A DNA stretch of 64,000 bases from Terrimicrobiaceae bacterium. GTDB lineage: Bacteria > Verrucomicrobiota > Verrucomicrobiia > Chthoniobacterales > Terrimicrobiaceae. A model generated the notes under the pieces. That model worked only from the letters and a program-made list of their open reading frames with translations, was not told the DNA's origin and made no database searches. Location: the NCBI GenBank assembly GCA_044342325.1, contig JBIIPZ010000008.1, positions 24,208-88,207 on the forward strand, written 5' to 3'. Of the stretch, positions 10,347 through 20,361 are shown one piece after another. The position numbers and the translations under genes are program-made. Within the stretch, counting starts at the first letter, position 1. Each line of letters starts with the position of its first letter.

Positions 10347-11821
10347 TGACTCTGAAAAACTATGTGAACGGCGCATTCGTTCCCGCGTGGAACGGAAATG
10401 TGCGTTCGTTTCACAATCCCGCCGACAATTCGCAACTCGGCGAGGTGGCGGACTCCTCGATTGAGGATGTGGACAAAGCGGTGAGAGCCGCCCGCGAGGC
10501 CTTTGACAATGGTCCGTGGCCCCGGACTCCGGCTACAGAGCGGGCCAGTCGCCTTTTTAAGCTCGCCGATCTCATCGAGTCGCGTGCTGTGGAGTTTGCA
10601 GAAATGGAGACGCGCAACTGCGGCAAGCCCCTCCGTGAGTCCCGCTTCGACGTCGCGGATGCCGCCGCCTGCTTCCGCTACTACGCCGGGCTTGCCTCGA
10701 AGCCTCACGGGCAGACCTTTGAAGTCGGTGATGCGAATATCGTCTGCCAGACCGTGCGCGAGCCGATCGGAGTCTGCGGCCAGATCGTTCCTTGGAACTA
10801 CCCGCTTCTCATGGCCGCCTGGAAGCTGGCTCCCGGCCTTGCGGCGGGAAATTGCTGCATCTTGAAGCCTTCCGAGTTCACACCGCTCTCCGCCTCGTTG
10901 CTTTTCGAGCTGATTGATGAGGTGGGGTTCCCCCCAGGCGTCGTGCAGTTGCTTTACGGGCTGGGTAACCCCGTGGGCGCGCGACTCGCCGAGAGTCCGC
11001 TGGTCGATAAAATCGCCTTCACTGGCGGAGGCGACACCGGTCGCAAAATCCTTGCCGCCGCCGCCTCGAATTTCAAAAAAGTCTCGCTCGAACTCGGCGG
11101 CAAGAGCCCGAACATCGTGTTTGCGGATTCCGACCACGACCACGCTCTCGAGTATGCGCTTTTCGCTATTTTTGCGGGTCAAGGCGAGGTCTGTAGCGCT
11201 GGTTCCCGCCTGCTCCTTGAGCGCAGTCTCGCCGATTCTTTCCTGCCGAGACTCGCCGCCGCTGCCGAAAAAATCGTCGTCGGCCCCGGCATGGACGAGG
11301 CCACTGAAATGGGGCCGCTCATCTCCCGCGCGCACCAGAAAAAAGTCCTCGAGCACATCCAGAGCGCCTGCTGTGAGGGCGCCCAACTCCTCGTCGGAGG
11401 CTCCGCCTACAATGACCAGCGCAGCGCCGGAAACTTCGTGCAGCCCACGATTTTTACCGCTGTGAAACCCGCTATGCGCATCGTGCGGGAGGAAATCTTC
11501 GGGCCGGTCCTAGCCGTTCAGCTTTTCGACACCGAGGACGAAGCTGTCCACATCGCAAACGACACCACCTACGGCCTCGCTGCCGGAGTTTTCACGAGGG
11601 ATGCCTCGAAGGCCCAGCGCGTCGTCCGCCGCCTCCGCGCTGGCATCACTTGGATCAATACCTACCACCCCACCTTCAACGAAGCCCCCTGGGGCGGCTA
11701 CAAACAAAGCGGCATGGGACGCGAACTCGGCACCTACGGCTACGAGGCCTACACCGAGGTCAAACAGATCACCCAGTGCATCAATCCCCAGCCTCTCGGC
11801 TGGTTCCGCTCGGCACCCTGA
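10346..11821 (+). CDS. Aldehyde dehydrogenase (betaine-aldehyde dehydrogenase-like)
   Basis: IVPWNYP, FTGG, LELGGKSP, catalytic Cys in GEVCSAGS, EEIFGPV and PWGGYKQSG. Confidence 0.93.
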   Translation: MTLKNYVNGAFVPAWNGNVRSFHNPADNSQLGEVADSSIEDVDKAVRAAREAFDNGPWPRTPATERASRLFKLADLIESRAVEFAEMETRNCGKPLRESRFDVADAAACFRYYAGLASKPHGQTFEVGDANIVCQTVREPIGVCGQIVPWNYPLLMAAWKLAPGLAAGNCCILKPSEFTPLSASLLFELIDEVGFPPGVVQLLYGLGNPVGARLAESPLVDKIAFTGGGDTGRKILAAAASNFKKVSLELGGKSPNIVFADSDHDHALEYALFAIFAGQGEVCSAGSRLLLERSLADSFLPRLAAAAEKIVVGPGMDEATEMGPLISRAHQKKVLEHIQSACCEGAQLLVGGSAYNDQRSAGNFVQPTIFTAVKPAMRIVREEIFGPVLAVQLFDTEDEAVHIANDTTYGLAAGVFTRDASKAQRVVRRLRAGITWINTYHPTFNEAPWGGYKQSGMGRELGTYGYEAYTEVKQITQCINPQPLGWFRSAP

Positions 11822-11826
11822 TTTCT

Positions 11827-12627
11827 GTGCCCGTCTTCCTCGTCGCTTTTTTCCTCGCGCTTCCGATCGCTTGCGCGTGGCAGTCCACGGTTGCGCCGAA
11901 TACTCCCGGGCCGTTCCCCGCCATTCGCCCATTCCAAGCCGAATACCGCCTCGGCTGGGCAGAGATCGAGGCTGCCAAAGCCCGCGCTGCCATTTCTTAT
12001 GATGGAGGCCATACCCTGTTCGCTGGATCCGGTGGCACGACCGGCTTTGCCCGCACCCTTTATCAACTCGACGCCACACTCAATGCCGCCGCCGCCAGTT
12101 CCAGCCTCGAGACGATTCGTTCCGAGCAACTCGAAAAATACGCCACCCGCACCTTATCCACGCGCATCGAGGGCAAAAGCGGCAATCTGACCAGCCTGCG
12201 CGAGTGGATTTCGCCCGGATCCAAGCCTGGCCGTTGGAAGCCAGTCAAAATCTCTCCCGTCCGCGATCTCTTCGCTGCCTCCCTCTTCATCCGTAGCCAA
12301 TCCCTCGCAAAAGGCGAAAAAGTCCGCACCCTCGTCTTCCCGGGCGGCTCTCCCTTTCTCGTCGATATCGAATCCCTCGGACCCGAGAAAATCTCCATCG
12401 CTGGATCACTCCGCGACGCCCTCCGCCTCGACATCAAAATCCAAAGCGTGAACACAAAAAAAGGCAACGCCCTTGAGCCCCACCGCAAATTCCGCTCCGG
12501 CACCCTCTGGCTCAGCAACGACGCCGACCGCATCCTCCTCAGAGCCGAGGTCCAAGTCTTCGTCGGCTATGTCTTCGCGGAGTTGTCTTCGTTCGCACCA
12601 AGCGGCGGAGTTTTCGAATCACGCTGA
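11827..12627 (+). CDS. DUF3108-like exported protein (start approximate)
   Basis: Signal-like hydrophobic N-terminus; C-terminal LWLSNDADRILLRAEVQVFVGYVFAEL. Confidence 0.65.
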   Translation: MPVFLVAFFLALPIACAWQSTVAPNTPGPFPAIRPFQAEYRLGWAEIEAAKARAAISYDGGHTLFAGSGGTTGFARTLYQLDATLNAAAASSSLETIRSEQLEKYATRTLSTRIEGKSGNLTSLREWISPGSKPGRWKPVKISPVRDLFAASLFIRSQSLAKGEKVRTLVFPGGSPFLVDIESLGPEKISIAGSLRDALRLDIKIQSVNTKKGNALEPHRKFRSGTLWLSNDADRILLRAEVQVFVGYVFAELSSFAPSGGVFESR

Positions 12628-12640
12628 CGCTACGGTGTTG

Positions 12641-13261
12641 TCAGGATTCAGTGGTATCCGAGTCCGTGCTCTTGCCGCGCTTTTTACGAGGTTTTCTTTT
12701 GGAGGCTTTGGGCGCGCGCGGCGTTGGGGTTTCCGCCGATGCAGGTTCGCTTTCCGTGTCTTGGGTATTTAAATCCAGTTCCGCGAGAAAGACGGCATCC
12801 TCCGGAGTATCGCCGCCGAAGAGGACCCGCATGTAGGCCGGAAAATAGCGGTCTGCCGTGGAAAGCGCCGACCCGATGATGCGGCGGATGACTTCATCCT
12901 CCAAGCGCCCGTCTCCGATGATGTGGCTGATGTGGTAGCGCGCCTCGCCATCGCGCAAGTCCACCTCGAATGCCCCAAGGACGAGACCGTAGTTCACTCG
13001 GGTGAAGAACTCCGTCACGCTCGGCCGCATTTTTTCATCCTTCGCCAGCACCGGGTAGTTAAGATGGATTTGAAAAATCTCGTCGTCATTGGAAATGCGC
13101 AAATGGCATGTATAAAGCGCGTGTCTGCGGCAGATGTTCAGTCGAATGCGCTTTTCCTCGCGGAAGATCGCAAAGCTGAGTTCATTCGCCTCGCAATGGT
13201 CTACGAGCGATTGAAAAGGCGTGCCGAAGCTGGATGAATCAAGATTATCGTTGTTGGACAT
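12641..13261 (-). CDS. YbjN-domain protein
   Basis: EFFTRVNYGLVLGAFEVDLRDGEARY...ADRYFPAYMRVLFGG; basic low-complexity tail. Confidence 0.75.
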   Translation of the reverse strand: MSNNDNLDSSSFGTPFQSLVDHCEANELSFAIFREEKRIRLNICRRHALYTCHLRISNDDEIFQIHLNYPVLAKDEKMRPSVTEFFTRVNYGLVLGAFEVDLRDGEARYHISHIIGDGRLEDEVIRRIIGSALSTADRYFPAYMRVLFGGDTPEDAVFLAELDLNTQDTESEPASAETPTPRAPKASKRKPRKKRGKSTDSDTTES

Positions 13262-13482
13262 AAAAATGGGTGTGCTGGAGTTCGGGTTCCAATAATTGGC
13301 CGCTACTCATACTTTCTCCATTGTCGCACGAGGTGCAACATGTGTTCTGAATCTGCGTGTCGGGTAGGGGGGCGGGGTGTGAATGAATCGCCACCGCACA
13401 ACAGTGCGCAGTATTTGAAAGTGGAAACAATTATTGCCGGTTGATGCTTTAACTGGTAGTAATATTTTCCAGTTTACCTAAA

Positions 13483-14796
13483 ATGCTTGAGACGCTGAAA
13501 GAATTGATCCTCGATTTTCAGGAAATGCACTTGAAAACGGGTGTGCCGAGAAGGGTTTCTGTTTCAACAATTCCCGGTAAGGCCACTGTTTGTATCGGTG
13601 TGCGCCGATGCGGCAAATCCACCTTCATGTTTCAAATCATGAAGCAGATGTTGGATTCCGGTGTCTCGCGGAACAACATTCTATACCTCAATTTCTTCGA
13701 TGACCGTCTTCATCGCTTGCAGCAGGAAAATCCGGGGCTGATCCTCGAGGCTTACTTTTCGCTGTATCCGGAAAAAAAGAACACCGAGAAGGTTTATTGC
13801 TTCTTTGATGAAATCCAGATGCTTCCCGGTTGGGAGCGTTTTGTTGATCGTTTGATGCGCACCGAGGAGTGCGAAGTCTATCTCACGGGATCATCCGCCC
13901 GAATGCTCTCGAAGGAAATTGCCACCGAAATGAGAGGCCGGGCTCTGTCATGGGAAATGTTTCCGTTTTCGTTTCGGGAATTTCTGGATTTCAAGGGCAT
14001 CGACAGCAGCGGAGTTTTATCAAGTAAAAGGCGTTTCACCATCCAGCATGCATTCGGTGAATTTTGGGAATGCGGAGGGTTCCCGGAAGTTCTCGGCCTC
14101 GATCGCTGGACTCGGGTTAAAGTCCATCAGGAATATTTCCAGACAATGCTCTTTCGCGATCTCGTGGAGCGGCATGATATCGCCCACCCCAAAGCGGTGA
14201 CGGACCTGGCTCACTGGCTGGCGGACAACGCTGGTTCACTTTACTCGGTCAACAATCTCACGGGTTACCTGAAATCCCTCGGCCACAAAGCTCCGAAATC
14301 CGCCGTGGCCGATTATCTCGAATGGTTTCAGGACGCCTATGTCTTCTTCACAGTCCGACTCTTCGACGCCTCGCTGGCAAGATCCAACACCAATCCCAAA
14401 AAGATTTATTGCATCGATCACGCTCTGGTGAGGTCCGTCAGCTCCGGGGTGCTTATCAATTCCGGCCACTTGCTCGAAAATCTCGTTTTTGCAGCCTTGC
14501 GCCGAGTGGAGCCGGAGATTTTTTATTACAAAACCAAGTCGGGCCGCGAGGTCGACTTCTTGACCTCACGGCGTGGCGACTCGCGCAGGCTCGTCCAAGT
14601 CTGTGAGTCACTGGCGATGCCGGAAACGCGCCAACGGGAAATCACCGCTCTGGGCGAGGCCATGGTCGAGCTGAAATTGACGCAAAGCTGCATCGTCACG
14701 CGGAGCGAGGAGGATCGTATCGAGTTGGACTCTGGAGTCATCGAGTTGGTTCCTGCCTGGCGTTTCCTTTTGAATTTGCCCGACGGCTCAGGATGA
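13483..14796 (+). CDS. AAA+ ATPase (AAA_14 + DUF4143 type)
   Basis: Walker A GVRRCGKS, Walker B FFDEIQ, TGSS, GGFPE, KIYCIDHAL, LENLV and a C-terminal EVDF..VQVC. Confidence 0.9.
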   Translation: MLETLKELILDFQEMHLKTGVPRRVSVSTIPGKATVCIGVRRCGKSTFMFQIMKQMLDSGVSRNNILYLNFFDDRLHRLQQENPGLILEAYFSLYPEKKNTEKVYCFFDEIQMLPGWERFVDRLMRTEECEVYLTGSSARMLSKEIATEMRGRALSWEMFPFSFREFLDFKGIDSSGVLSSKRRFTIQHAFGEFWECGGFPEVLGLDRWTRVKVHQEYFQTMLFRDLVERHDIAHPKAVTDLAHWLADNAGSLYSVNNLTGYLKSLGHKAPKSAVADYLEWFQDAYVFFTVRLFDASLARSNTNPKKIYCIDHALVRSVSSGVLINSGHLLENLVFAALRRVEPEIFYYKTKSGREVDFLTSRRGDSRRLVQVCESLAMPETRQREITALGEAMVELKLTQSCIVTRSEEDRIELDSGVIELVPAWRFLLNLPDGSG

Positions 14797-14850
14797 GAAC
14801 ACTTGGGTTCGAAAGAACGAGTTCAACTCTCGGCAAGCGCTGGAGGGGGG

Positions 14851-14922
14851 AGCCGACAGTCGGATTCGAACCGACGACCAGCGGTTTACAAAACCGCTGC
14901 TCTACCACTGAGCTATGTCGGC
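14851..14922 (-). tRNA. tRNA-Thr (anticodon TGT); CCA not encoded
   Basis: GCCGACA-TA-GCTC AGTGGTA GAGC-A-GCGGT TTTGTAA ACCGC-TGGTC-GTCGG TTCGAAT CCGAC-TGTCGGC-T forms a complete cloverleaf. Confidence 0.97.
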
Positions 14923-15053
14923 GTGGAAGAATGAAGAAGTTTCCACACTTTCGCATTGGATGCAAGAGCCGTTTCAAATGGTTTCAAAGCGCGAGCGGTG
15001 GCGTGTTCTGTCTTTACAGTCCAATGCGGGGACGCTGATATTCCCCGCTCTCA

Positions 15054-16352
15054 ATGACACAAAGAATCGGCATAGGATTGGCAGGGTTTGGAACGGTTGG
15101 CGCCGGGGTTTATAAAAACCTCCTCCGCAATGCCGCTCTTTTGGAGCAGCGGATCGGTGTCCAGTTCGAGGTGCGCAAGATTGCTGTGCGTGATTTGAAG
15201 AAGGCACGCGATGTCCAGGCACCTGCGGAGCTTTTTACAGCGTCACCCGATGACCTGCTGGCCGATCCTTCGATCGATGTGGTAGTGGAGCTCATGGGTG
15301 GCATCGATCTCCCGCTGGCCTTCGTGAAAAAAGCCATCGCCGCTGGCAAGATTGTCATCACCGGCAACAAGGCGCTCTTGGCGGAGCACGGGCGTGAGAT
15401 TTTTCAACTGGCTGCCGAGAAGCGGGTGCCGGTTTTCTATGAGGCAGCCGTGGCGGGTGGAATTCCCATCATCAAATCCGTGCGCGAGGCTTTTGTTGGA
15501 AACCGCTTTGAGGCGATCCATGGAATCCTGAATGGCACGAGCAATTATATTTTGAGCCGGATGACGGATGAGGGCTTGGATTTTGCTCCTGTCCTCGCGG
15601 AAGCCCAGAAACTCGGCTACGCGGAGGCGGATCCCGCGCTGGATGTGAATGGCTGGGACGCTGCTCACAAGGCGATCATTCTCGCCTCGCTGGCCTATGG
15701 CTTCTGGATTGATCCGAACGATGTCCTCGTGGAAGGTATCGAAAAAGTCACCGCAGCTGATATTCAATTTGCGAACGAACTCGGCTATCGCATCAAGTTG
15801 CTCGCCTCCATCAAGGCTGACGAGAAGAACTTCATCGAGGTGCGAGTGGTGCCGACGCTCATTCCAAAAACCCATGTTCTTGCTTCGGTGAATGGCGTCT
15901 TTAACGCCGTGGCCGTGAAAGGCGATGTCGTGGGAGAGGCTCTTTTCTACGGACGCGGCGCTGGCCAGGATCCGACATCGAGTTCCGTGCTCGGCGACCT
16001 CGCGGAGGCGGCGGCTTTCATGCAGTCGCCCCGTCGTTGTGTTGGTTTCACCTCGCATGATCTCTACGGGCGTTGCAAGCCGGTGGACGAAACCATTTCA
16101 AAATACTACTTGCGTCTTGGTGTGGAGGATCGTCCGGGCGTGCTGGCGCAGATCGCCGGCACTTTGGCCAAAGCCGATATCGGCATCCTCTCGGTGATCC
16201 AACCGGAGGGTCTTGTGGATGGTTCCGTGCCTCTCATCCTCACGCTCCATGACGCGCCTTACGGATCGATGAAAAAAACCGCCAACGAGTTGGCATCCCT
16301 TCCTTGCGTGAAGGGAACGCCGCTCCTGCTTCACATGGAGGCCTTCTCGTGA
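15054..16352 (+). CDS. hom: Homoserine dehydrogenase (with ACT domain)
   Basis: GFGTVG, TGNKALLA, EAAVAGGIP, GILNGTSNYIL, GRGAG and C-terminal DRPGVL. Confidence 0.96.
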   Translation: MTQRIGIGLAGFGTVGAGVYKNLLRNAALLEQRIGVQFEVRKIAVRDLKKARDVQAPAELFTASPDDLLADPSIDVVVELMGGIDLPLAFVKKAIAAGKIVITGNKALLAEHGREIFQLAAEKRVPVFYEAAVAGGIPIIKSVREAFVGNRFEAIHGILNGTSNYILSRMTDEGLDFAPVLAEAQKLGYAEADPALDVNGWDAAHKAIILASLAYGFWIDPNDVLVEGIEKVTAADIQFANELGYRIKLLASIKADEKNFIEVRVVPTLIPKTHVLASVNGVFNAVAVKGDVVGEALFYGRGAGQDPTSSSVLGDLAEAAAFMQSPRRCVGFTSHDLYGRCKPVDETISKYYLRLGVEDRPGVLAQIAGTLAKADIGILSVIQPEGLVDGSVPLILTLHDAPYGSMKKTANELASLPCVKGTPLLLHMEAFS

Positions 16353-17443
16353 ACGAGCCGCTCAACGACAAAGGCGTGATCCACCGCTACCGGCAGTTCC
16401 TGCCCGTGAGCGATTCTACGCCCGTGATCTCTCTCAGCGAGGGCTCCACGCCGCTCATCTACTCGCCGCGTCTCAGCGAAAAAGCGGGTGCCGAGGTTTA
16501 TTTGAAGTATGAGGGACTCAATCCAACGGGCTCCTTCAAAGATCGGGGCATGACGGTCGCTATTTCCAAGGCGGTGGAGGACGGCGCCAAGACGGTCATC
16601 TGCGCATCCACAGGAAACACCAGCGCAGCCGCTGCGGCTTACGCTGCCCGTGCGGGAGTCCAATGTGCCGTGATTTTGCCTGCCGGTAAAATTGCCATTG
16701 GCAAGCTGGCGCAGGCTTTTGTTTACGGGGCGAAGGTCGTGGCGATTCGTGGAAATTTCGACGACGCCTTGCGCATCGTGCGCGAGTTCGGCGGCATCGA
16801 TGGTGTGGCGATCGTGAATTCAATCAACCCGCATCGCATCGAGGGCCAGAAGACGGCGTCTTTTGAAATCATCGAGGACCTCGGCGACGCGCCGGATATC
16901 CACATTCTGCCAGTTGGAAATGCGGGAAACATCACCGCCTACTGGAAGGGCTATCGCGAATTTCATGCCGCCGGACGCTCGACGCGCCTGCCGAAAATGG
17001 TCGGTTTCCAAGCCGCCGGCTCGGCTCCTATTTTTTTCAATCAACCCATCGAAAAACCTGACACCGTCGCCACAGCCATCCGCATCGGCAATCCTGCAAG
17101 TTGGCAGGGGGCGAACAACGCCGTGAGCGAATCCGGCGGGTGCATCGATATCGTGACGGACGAAGAAATCCTCGCCGCGCAAGCTTGGTTGGCTGCCAAC
17201 GAAGGCATCTTCGTCGAACCCGCCAGCGCAGCCAGCGTGGCTGGATTATTGAAATGCCACTCGAATGCCCGCTGCAGCGGATGTCCTTTCGCATCGGCCG
17301 TGCGCCCCGGCGCTAAAGTCGTTCTCACCGTTACCGGTCATGGACTCAAGGATACCGAGACCCCTGTGAAGTTCGGAGGATTCACTCCGGCAGAGGCGGA
17401 TGCCAATCTCGCCGCCGTGCGGGCGGTTCTTGATAAAAGCTGA
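16349..17443 (+). CDS. thrC: Threonine synthase
   Basis: KYEGLNPTGSFKDRGM, CASTGNTS, PVGNAGN, LTVTGHGLKD; GTGA overlap with hom. Confidence 0.95.
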   Translation: MNEPLNDKGVIHRYRQFLPVSDSTPVISLSEGSTPLIYSPRLSEKAGAEVYLKYEGLNPTGSFKDRGMTVAISKAVEDGAKTVICASTGNTSAAAAAYAARAGVQCAVILPAGKIAIGKLAQAFVYGAKVVAIRGNFDDALRIVREFGGIDGVAIVNSINPHRIEGQKTASFEIIEDLGDAPDIHILPVGNAGNITAYWKGYREFHAAGRSTRLPKMVGFQAAGSAPIFFNQPIEKPDTVATAIRIGNPASWQGANNAVSESGGCIDIVTDEEILAAQAWLAANEGIFVEPASAASVAGLLKCHSNARCSGCPFASAVRPGAKVVLTVTGHGLKDTETPVKFGGFTPAEADANLAAVRAVLDKS

Positions 17444-17452
17444 TTTTTTACC

Positions 17453-18667
17453 ATGGCACTGATTGTTCAAAAATACGGCGGCACTTCGGTTGGAAACCCC
17501 GAGCGGATTCAAAATGTCGCAAGGCGCGTTCTGGCAACCCAGCAAGCAGGCAACTCGGTCGTTGTTGTGGTTTCTGCCATGTCCGGAGTCACCGACGGTC
17601 TCATCAAACTCGCCAAGGAAGTCTCGCCAGCACCTGCCGAACGGGAAATGGATGTTCTCCTCGCCACCGGCGAGCAGACGACAATCGCCCTCACCGCCAT
17701 GGCCATTAATGCTCTCGGTGGTAAGGCGGTCTCACTCACTGGTGCCCAGGCGGGAATCATTACAAGCGGTGTTCACACAAAAGCGAAAATTGCCAATATC
17801 GCACCTCGGCAGGTCAGAAAATTTCTCAATGAGGGCAATGTCTGCATCGTCGCCGGATTCCAAGGCCAGACGCTCGAGGGGCAGATTACCACACTCGGGC
17901 GCGGAGGTTCCGACCTCACAGCCATCGCCATCGCAGCGGCTCTCAAGGCTGATATGTGCGAGATCTACACGGATGTGGATGGCGTTTACACCTGCGATCC
18001 GCGCGTGGTGCCGGATGCCAAGAAAATCGATGCGATCGCTTATGACGAGCTTCTGGAAATGGCCAGCAGCGGATCCAAGGTCATGCAATCCCGCTCGGTC
18101 GAATTCGCCAAAAAATTTAAAGTGCCTTTCGAGGTGCGCAGCAGTTTCAACAACAACAGGGGAACCATCGTGAAAGAAGAATCCATCGGACTCGAAAATG
18201 TCGTCGTGCGCGGCATCAGCCTCGAACGCAAACAAGCCAAGGTCACCATCACCCAAGTGCCCGACAAACCCGGCACCGCCTCCCGCATTTTTACCGCCCT
18301 CTCTGAGGCGAATGTGATCATCGATGTCATCGTTCAAAATGTCTCCGTAAGCGGATCGACCGACATTTCCTTCACGATGAGCGCCGATGAACTCGAAAAG
18401 CTTGGAGCCGTCATCGACCGCGTGGCCAAGGAAGTCGGCGCCGGCGAGGTGATCAAAAAAAGCGGCATCGCTAAGCTCAGCGTTGTCGGTATCGGGATGC
18501 GCTCCCACTCGGGAGTCGCCGCCACACTCTTCGAATGCCTCGGCAACGGCGGGGTGAACATCCAAATGATCTCTACCTCCGAAATCAAAATTGCCGTCAT
18601 CATCGACGAAGCCCAGATCGAGCATGCCGCCAAACTCGCCCACGCTGCGTTCGGGTTGGCGAATTAG
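17453..18667 (+). CDS. lysC: Aspartate kinase
   Basis: VQKYGGTSV, VVSAM, TTLGRGGSDLTA, YTDVDGV and two ACT domains. Confidence 0.96.
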   Translation: MALIVQKYGGTSVGNPERIQNVARRVLATQQAGNSVVVVVSAMSGVTDGLIKLAKEVSPAPAEREMDVLLATGEQTTIALTAMAINALGGKAVSLTGAQAGIITSGVHTKAKIANIAPRQVRKFLNEGNVCIVAGFQGQTLEGQITTLGRGGSDLTAIAIAAALKADMCEIYTDVDGVYTCDPRVVPDAKKIDAIAYDELLEMASSGSKVMQSRSVEFAKKFKVPFEVRSSFNNNRGTIVKEESIGLENVVVRGISLERKQAKVTITQVPDKPGTASRIFTALSEANVIIDVIVQNVSVSGSTDISFTMSADELEKLGAVIDRVAKEVGAGEVIKKSGIAKLSVVGIGMRSHSGVAATLFECLGNGGVNIQMISTSEIKIAVIIDEAQIEHAAKLAHAAFGLAN

Positions 18668-18691
18668 TCTGGAGATTTCGCAGCGCCCACC

Positions 18692-19222
18692 ATGGATATC
18701 TTCGAAAGTGTCGGGAATCTCAGCGAGCAGTTGGGACTCCCCGTTCTTTTGATTGGTGGCCATGCGGTGAATTTTTACGGCTACAACCGGACAACGCTTG
18801 ATGTGGATTTCCTGATCGCGGTGGATAGCTTCCCCGCTTGGCGCTCTGGCTTCGAGTCCATCGGCTATAAGTGGGTCGGGCAGACAGAGAATTTTGTCAG
18901 GTTGGAGCCTGTGGCCCCTGCATTGTTTCCGATGGATGTCATGCTGGTCGCGCCGGAGACATTTCAAAAACTTTACGCCGAACGGGTGGAGTGTCCCATA
19001 GGAACTGCGCGGATGAACTTGCCCAAGCCAATTCACCTGATCGCCCTGAAACTGCATGCCATGAAGAATCCCGTGCGCTTGAGGCAAGGCAAGGACTTGC
19101 TCGACATTTTAAATCTCGTTTCCCTTTGCAAGATCGATATCGAGGGGCAAGATTTCCAAGGCGTCCTCGACCGCTATGCCAACGAAGAAATCAGAAACCT
19201 CGTCCTCCGCTCCATCCGCTGA
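18692..19222 (+). CDS. Pol-beta-superfamily nucleotidyltransferase (AbiEii/DUF6036-like)
   Basis: LLIGGHAVNFYGYNRTTLDVDFLI (GG...DxD), LIALKLHA and KDLLDI. Confidence 0.8.
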   Translation: MDIFESVGNLSEQLGLPVLLIGGHAVNFYGYNRTTLDVDFLIAVDSFPAWRSGFESIGYKWVGQTENFVRLEPVAPALFPMDVMLVAPETFQKLYAERVECPIGTARMNLPKPIHLIALKLHAMKNPVRLRQGKDLLDILNLVSLCKIDIEGQDFQGVLDRYANEEIRNLVLRSIR

Positions 19223-19409
19223 GCAATCAGGCGCGGATTTTTTTGATCTGCCCGAGATAACCGCTGCCGATGAGGCGTTTTTGAAAAGCCATCCCACGCC
19301 GACTTTCGCGCAGCAGATCGCCCATTCCCTTTGGTTGCTTGCTTGGCGGAGGAGCAGGGGCATTCCGGATGACCACCCGCCCCGTCAGCACGAGCGGTTT
19401 GAGATGTAG
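19176..19409 (+). CDS. Small hypothetical protein, probable partner of the nucleotidyltransferase
   Basis: 77-aa ORF overlapping the nucleotidyltransferase 3' end and filling the gap to the next gene. Confidence 0.5.
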   Translation: MPTKKSETSSSAPSAEQSGADFFDLPEITAADEAFLKSHPTPTFAQQIAHSLWLLAWRRSRGIPDDHPPRQHERFEM

Positions 19410-19475
19410 TGGGCAAACTGTCACCAGTTTCTCGTCGCCAACTCTCCGGCTATCTGTTTGAAGCATCCTAAATTT

Positions 19476-20357
19476 ATGAGCGTTCCGCAGAACACGATTG
19501 CGATTGTTTACGACTACGACCAAACCCTCTCGCCGATCTATATGCAGGAGGAGGCGATTTTTCCTGTTTTTGGCATTGATCCCTCCCACTTCTGGAAGCG
19601 GTGCGCCGAGTTGGTGCAAAAGCAGGGTTACGACCACGAGTTGGCCTACATGAAGGTGCTTCTAGACTGCCTCGAGATTGACCGCCCAACGAATGCCCGC
19701 CTGCGCGAATTGGGGGCTCGGCTTACCTTTTATCCCGGCTTGCCGGAAATGTTCGAGGATTTGAAAAACACGCTCATCACTCCGGAGCATGCGGCGCACG
19801 GGATTCGGGTGGAGCATTACATTGTATCCTCAGGAATGAAGGAGCTCATCCAGGGCAGCCGCCTCGCGCCGTATGTGCGCAAGATTTTCGGCTGCGAATT
19901 CGCCACCGATGAGCATGACCGCATCTCATTTCCCAAACGCGCAATCAGCCACACCCAGAAAACCCAATTTCTCTTCCGCATCAACAAAGGCATGCTGGAA
20001 CTTGATCAGGATGTGAACGACCACATGGATCCCGCACTGCGTCCGGTTCCTTTTCAGAATATGATTTATGTCGGTGACGGGCCTACCGATGTGCCGTGCT
20101 TCACGGTCATGCGTCGCAATGGCGGCCAGGCGATTGCCGTTTACAATCCCGAAGATCCCACGCGCACAAGTTTCAAAAAATGCTACCAACTCTGCACCCA
20201 TGCGGACCGGGTGAAAAATATCGCTCCTTCAGATTTTCGTGCGGGGAGCCATCTGCGGCTTCTCCTCGAGGAAATGGTTCTCGAGATCGGTAATCGCATC
20301 ATCCAGCGCCGAAGCGATGATCTCGAGGCCGGCACGGTGAAGGCGCCGAAGCACTGA
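19476..20357 (+). CDS. HAD-like hydrolase
   Basis: IVYDYDQTLSP, YIVSSG, KTQFLFRINKG and YVGDGPTDVPC. Confidence 0.88.
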   Translation: MSVPQNTIAIVYDYDQTLSPIYMQEEAIFPVFGIDPSHFWKRCAELVQKQGYDHELAYMKVLLDCLEIDRPTNARLRELGARLTFYPGLPEMFEDLKNTLITPEHAAHGIRVEHYIVSSGMKELIQGSRLAPYVRKIFGCEFATDEHDRISFPKRAISHTQKTQFLFRINKGMLELDQDVNDHMDPALRPVPFQNMIYVGDGPTDVPCFTVMRRNGGQAIAVYNPEDPTRTSFKKCYQLCTHADRVKNIAPSDFRAGSHLRLLLEEMVLEIGNRIIQRRSDDLEAGTVKAPKH

Positions 20358-20361
20358 GACT

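Noticed and set aside
10055..11386. 443-aa minus-strand ORF opposite the aldehyde dehydrogenase
   Set aside because: Shadow ORF; the plus-strand gene carries all the family motifs.
17732..19087. 451-aa minus-strand ORF opposite lysC and the nucleotidyltransferase
   Set aside because: Spans two real plus-strand genes and has no recognisable domain.
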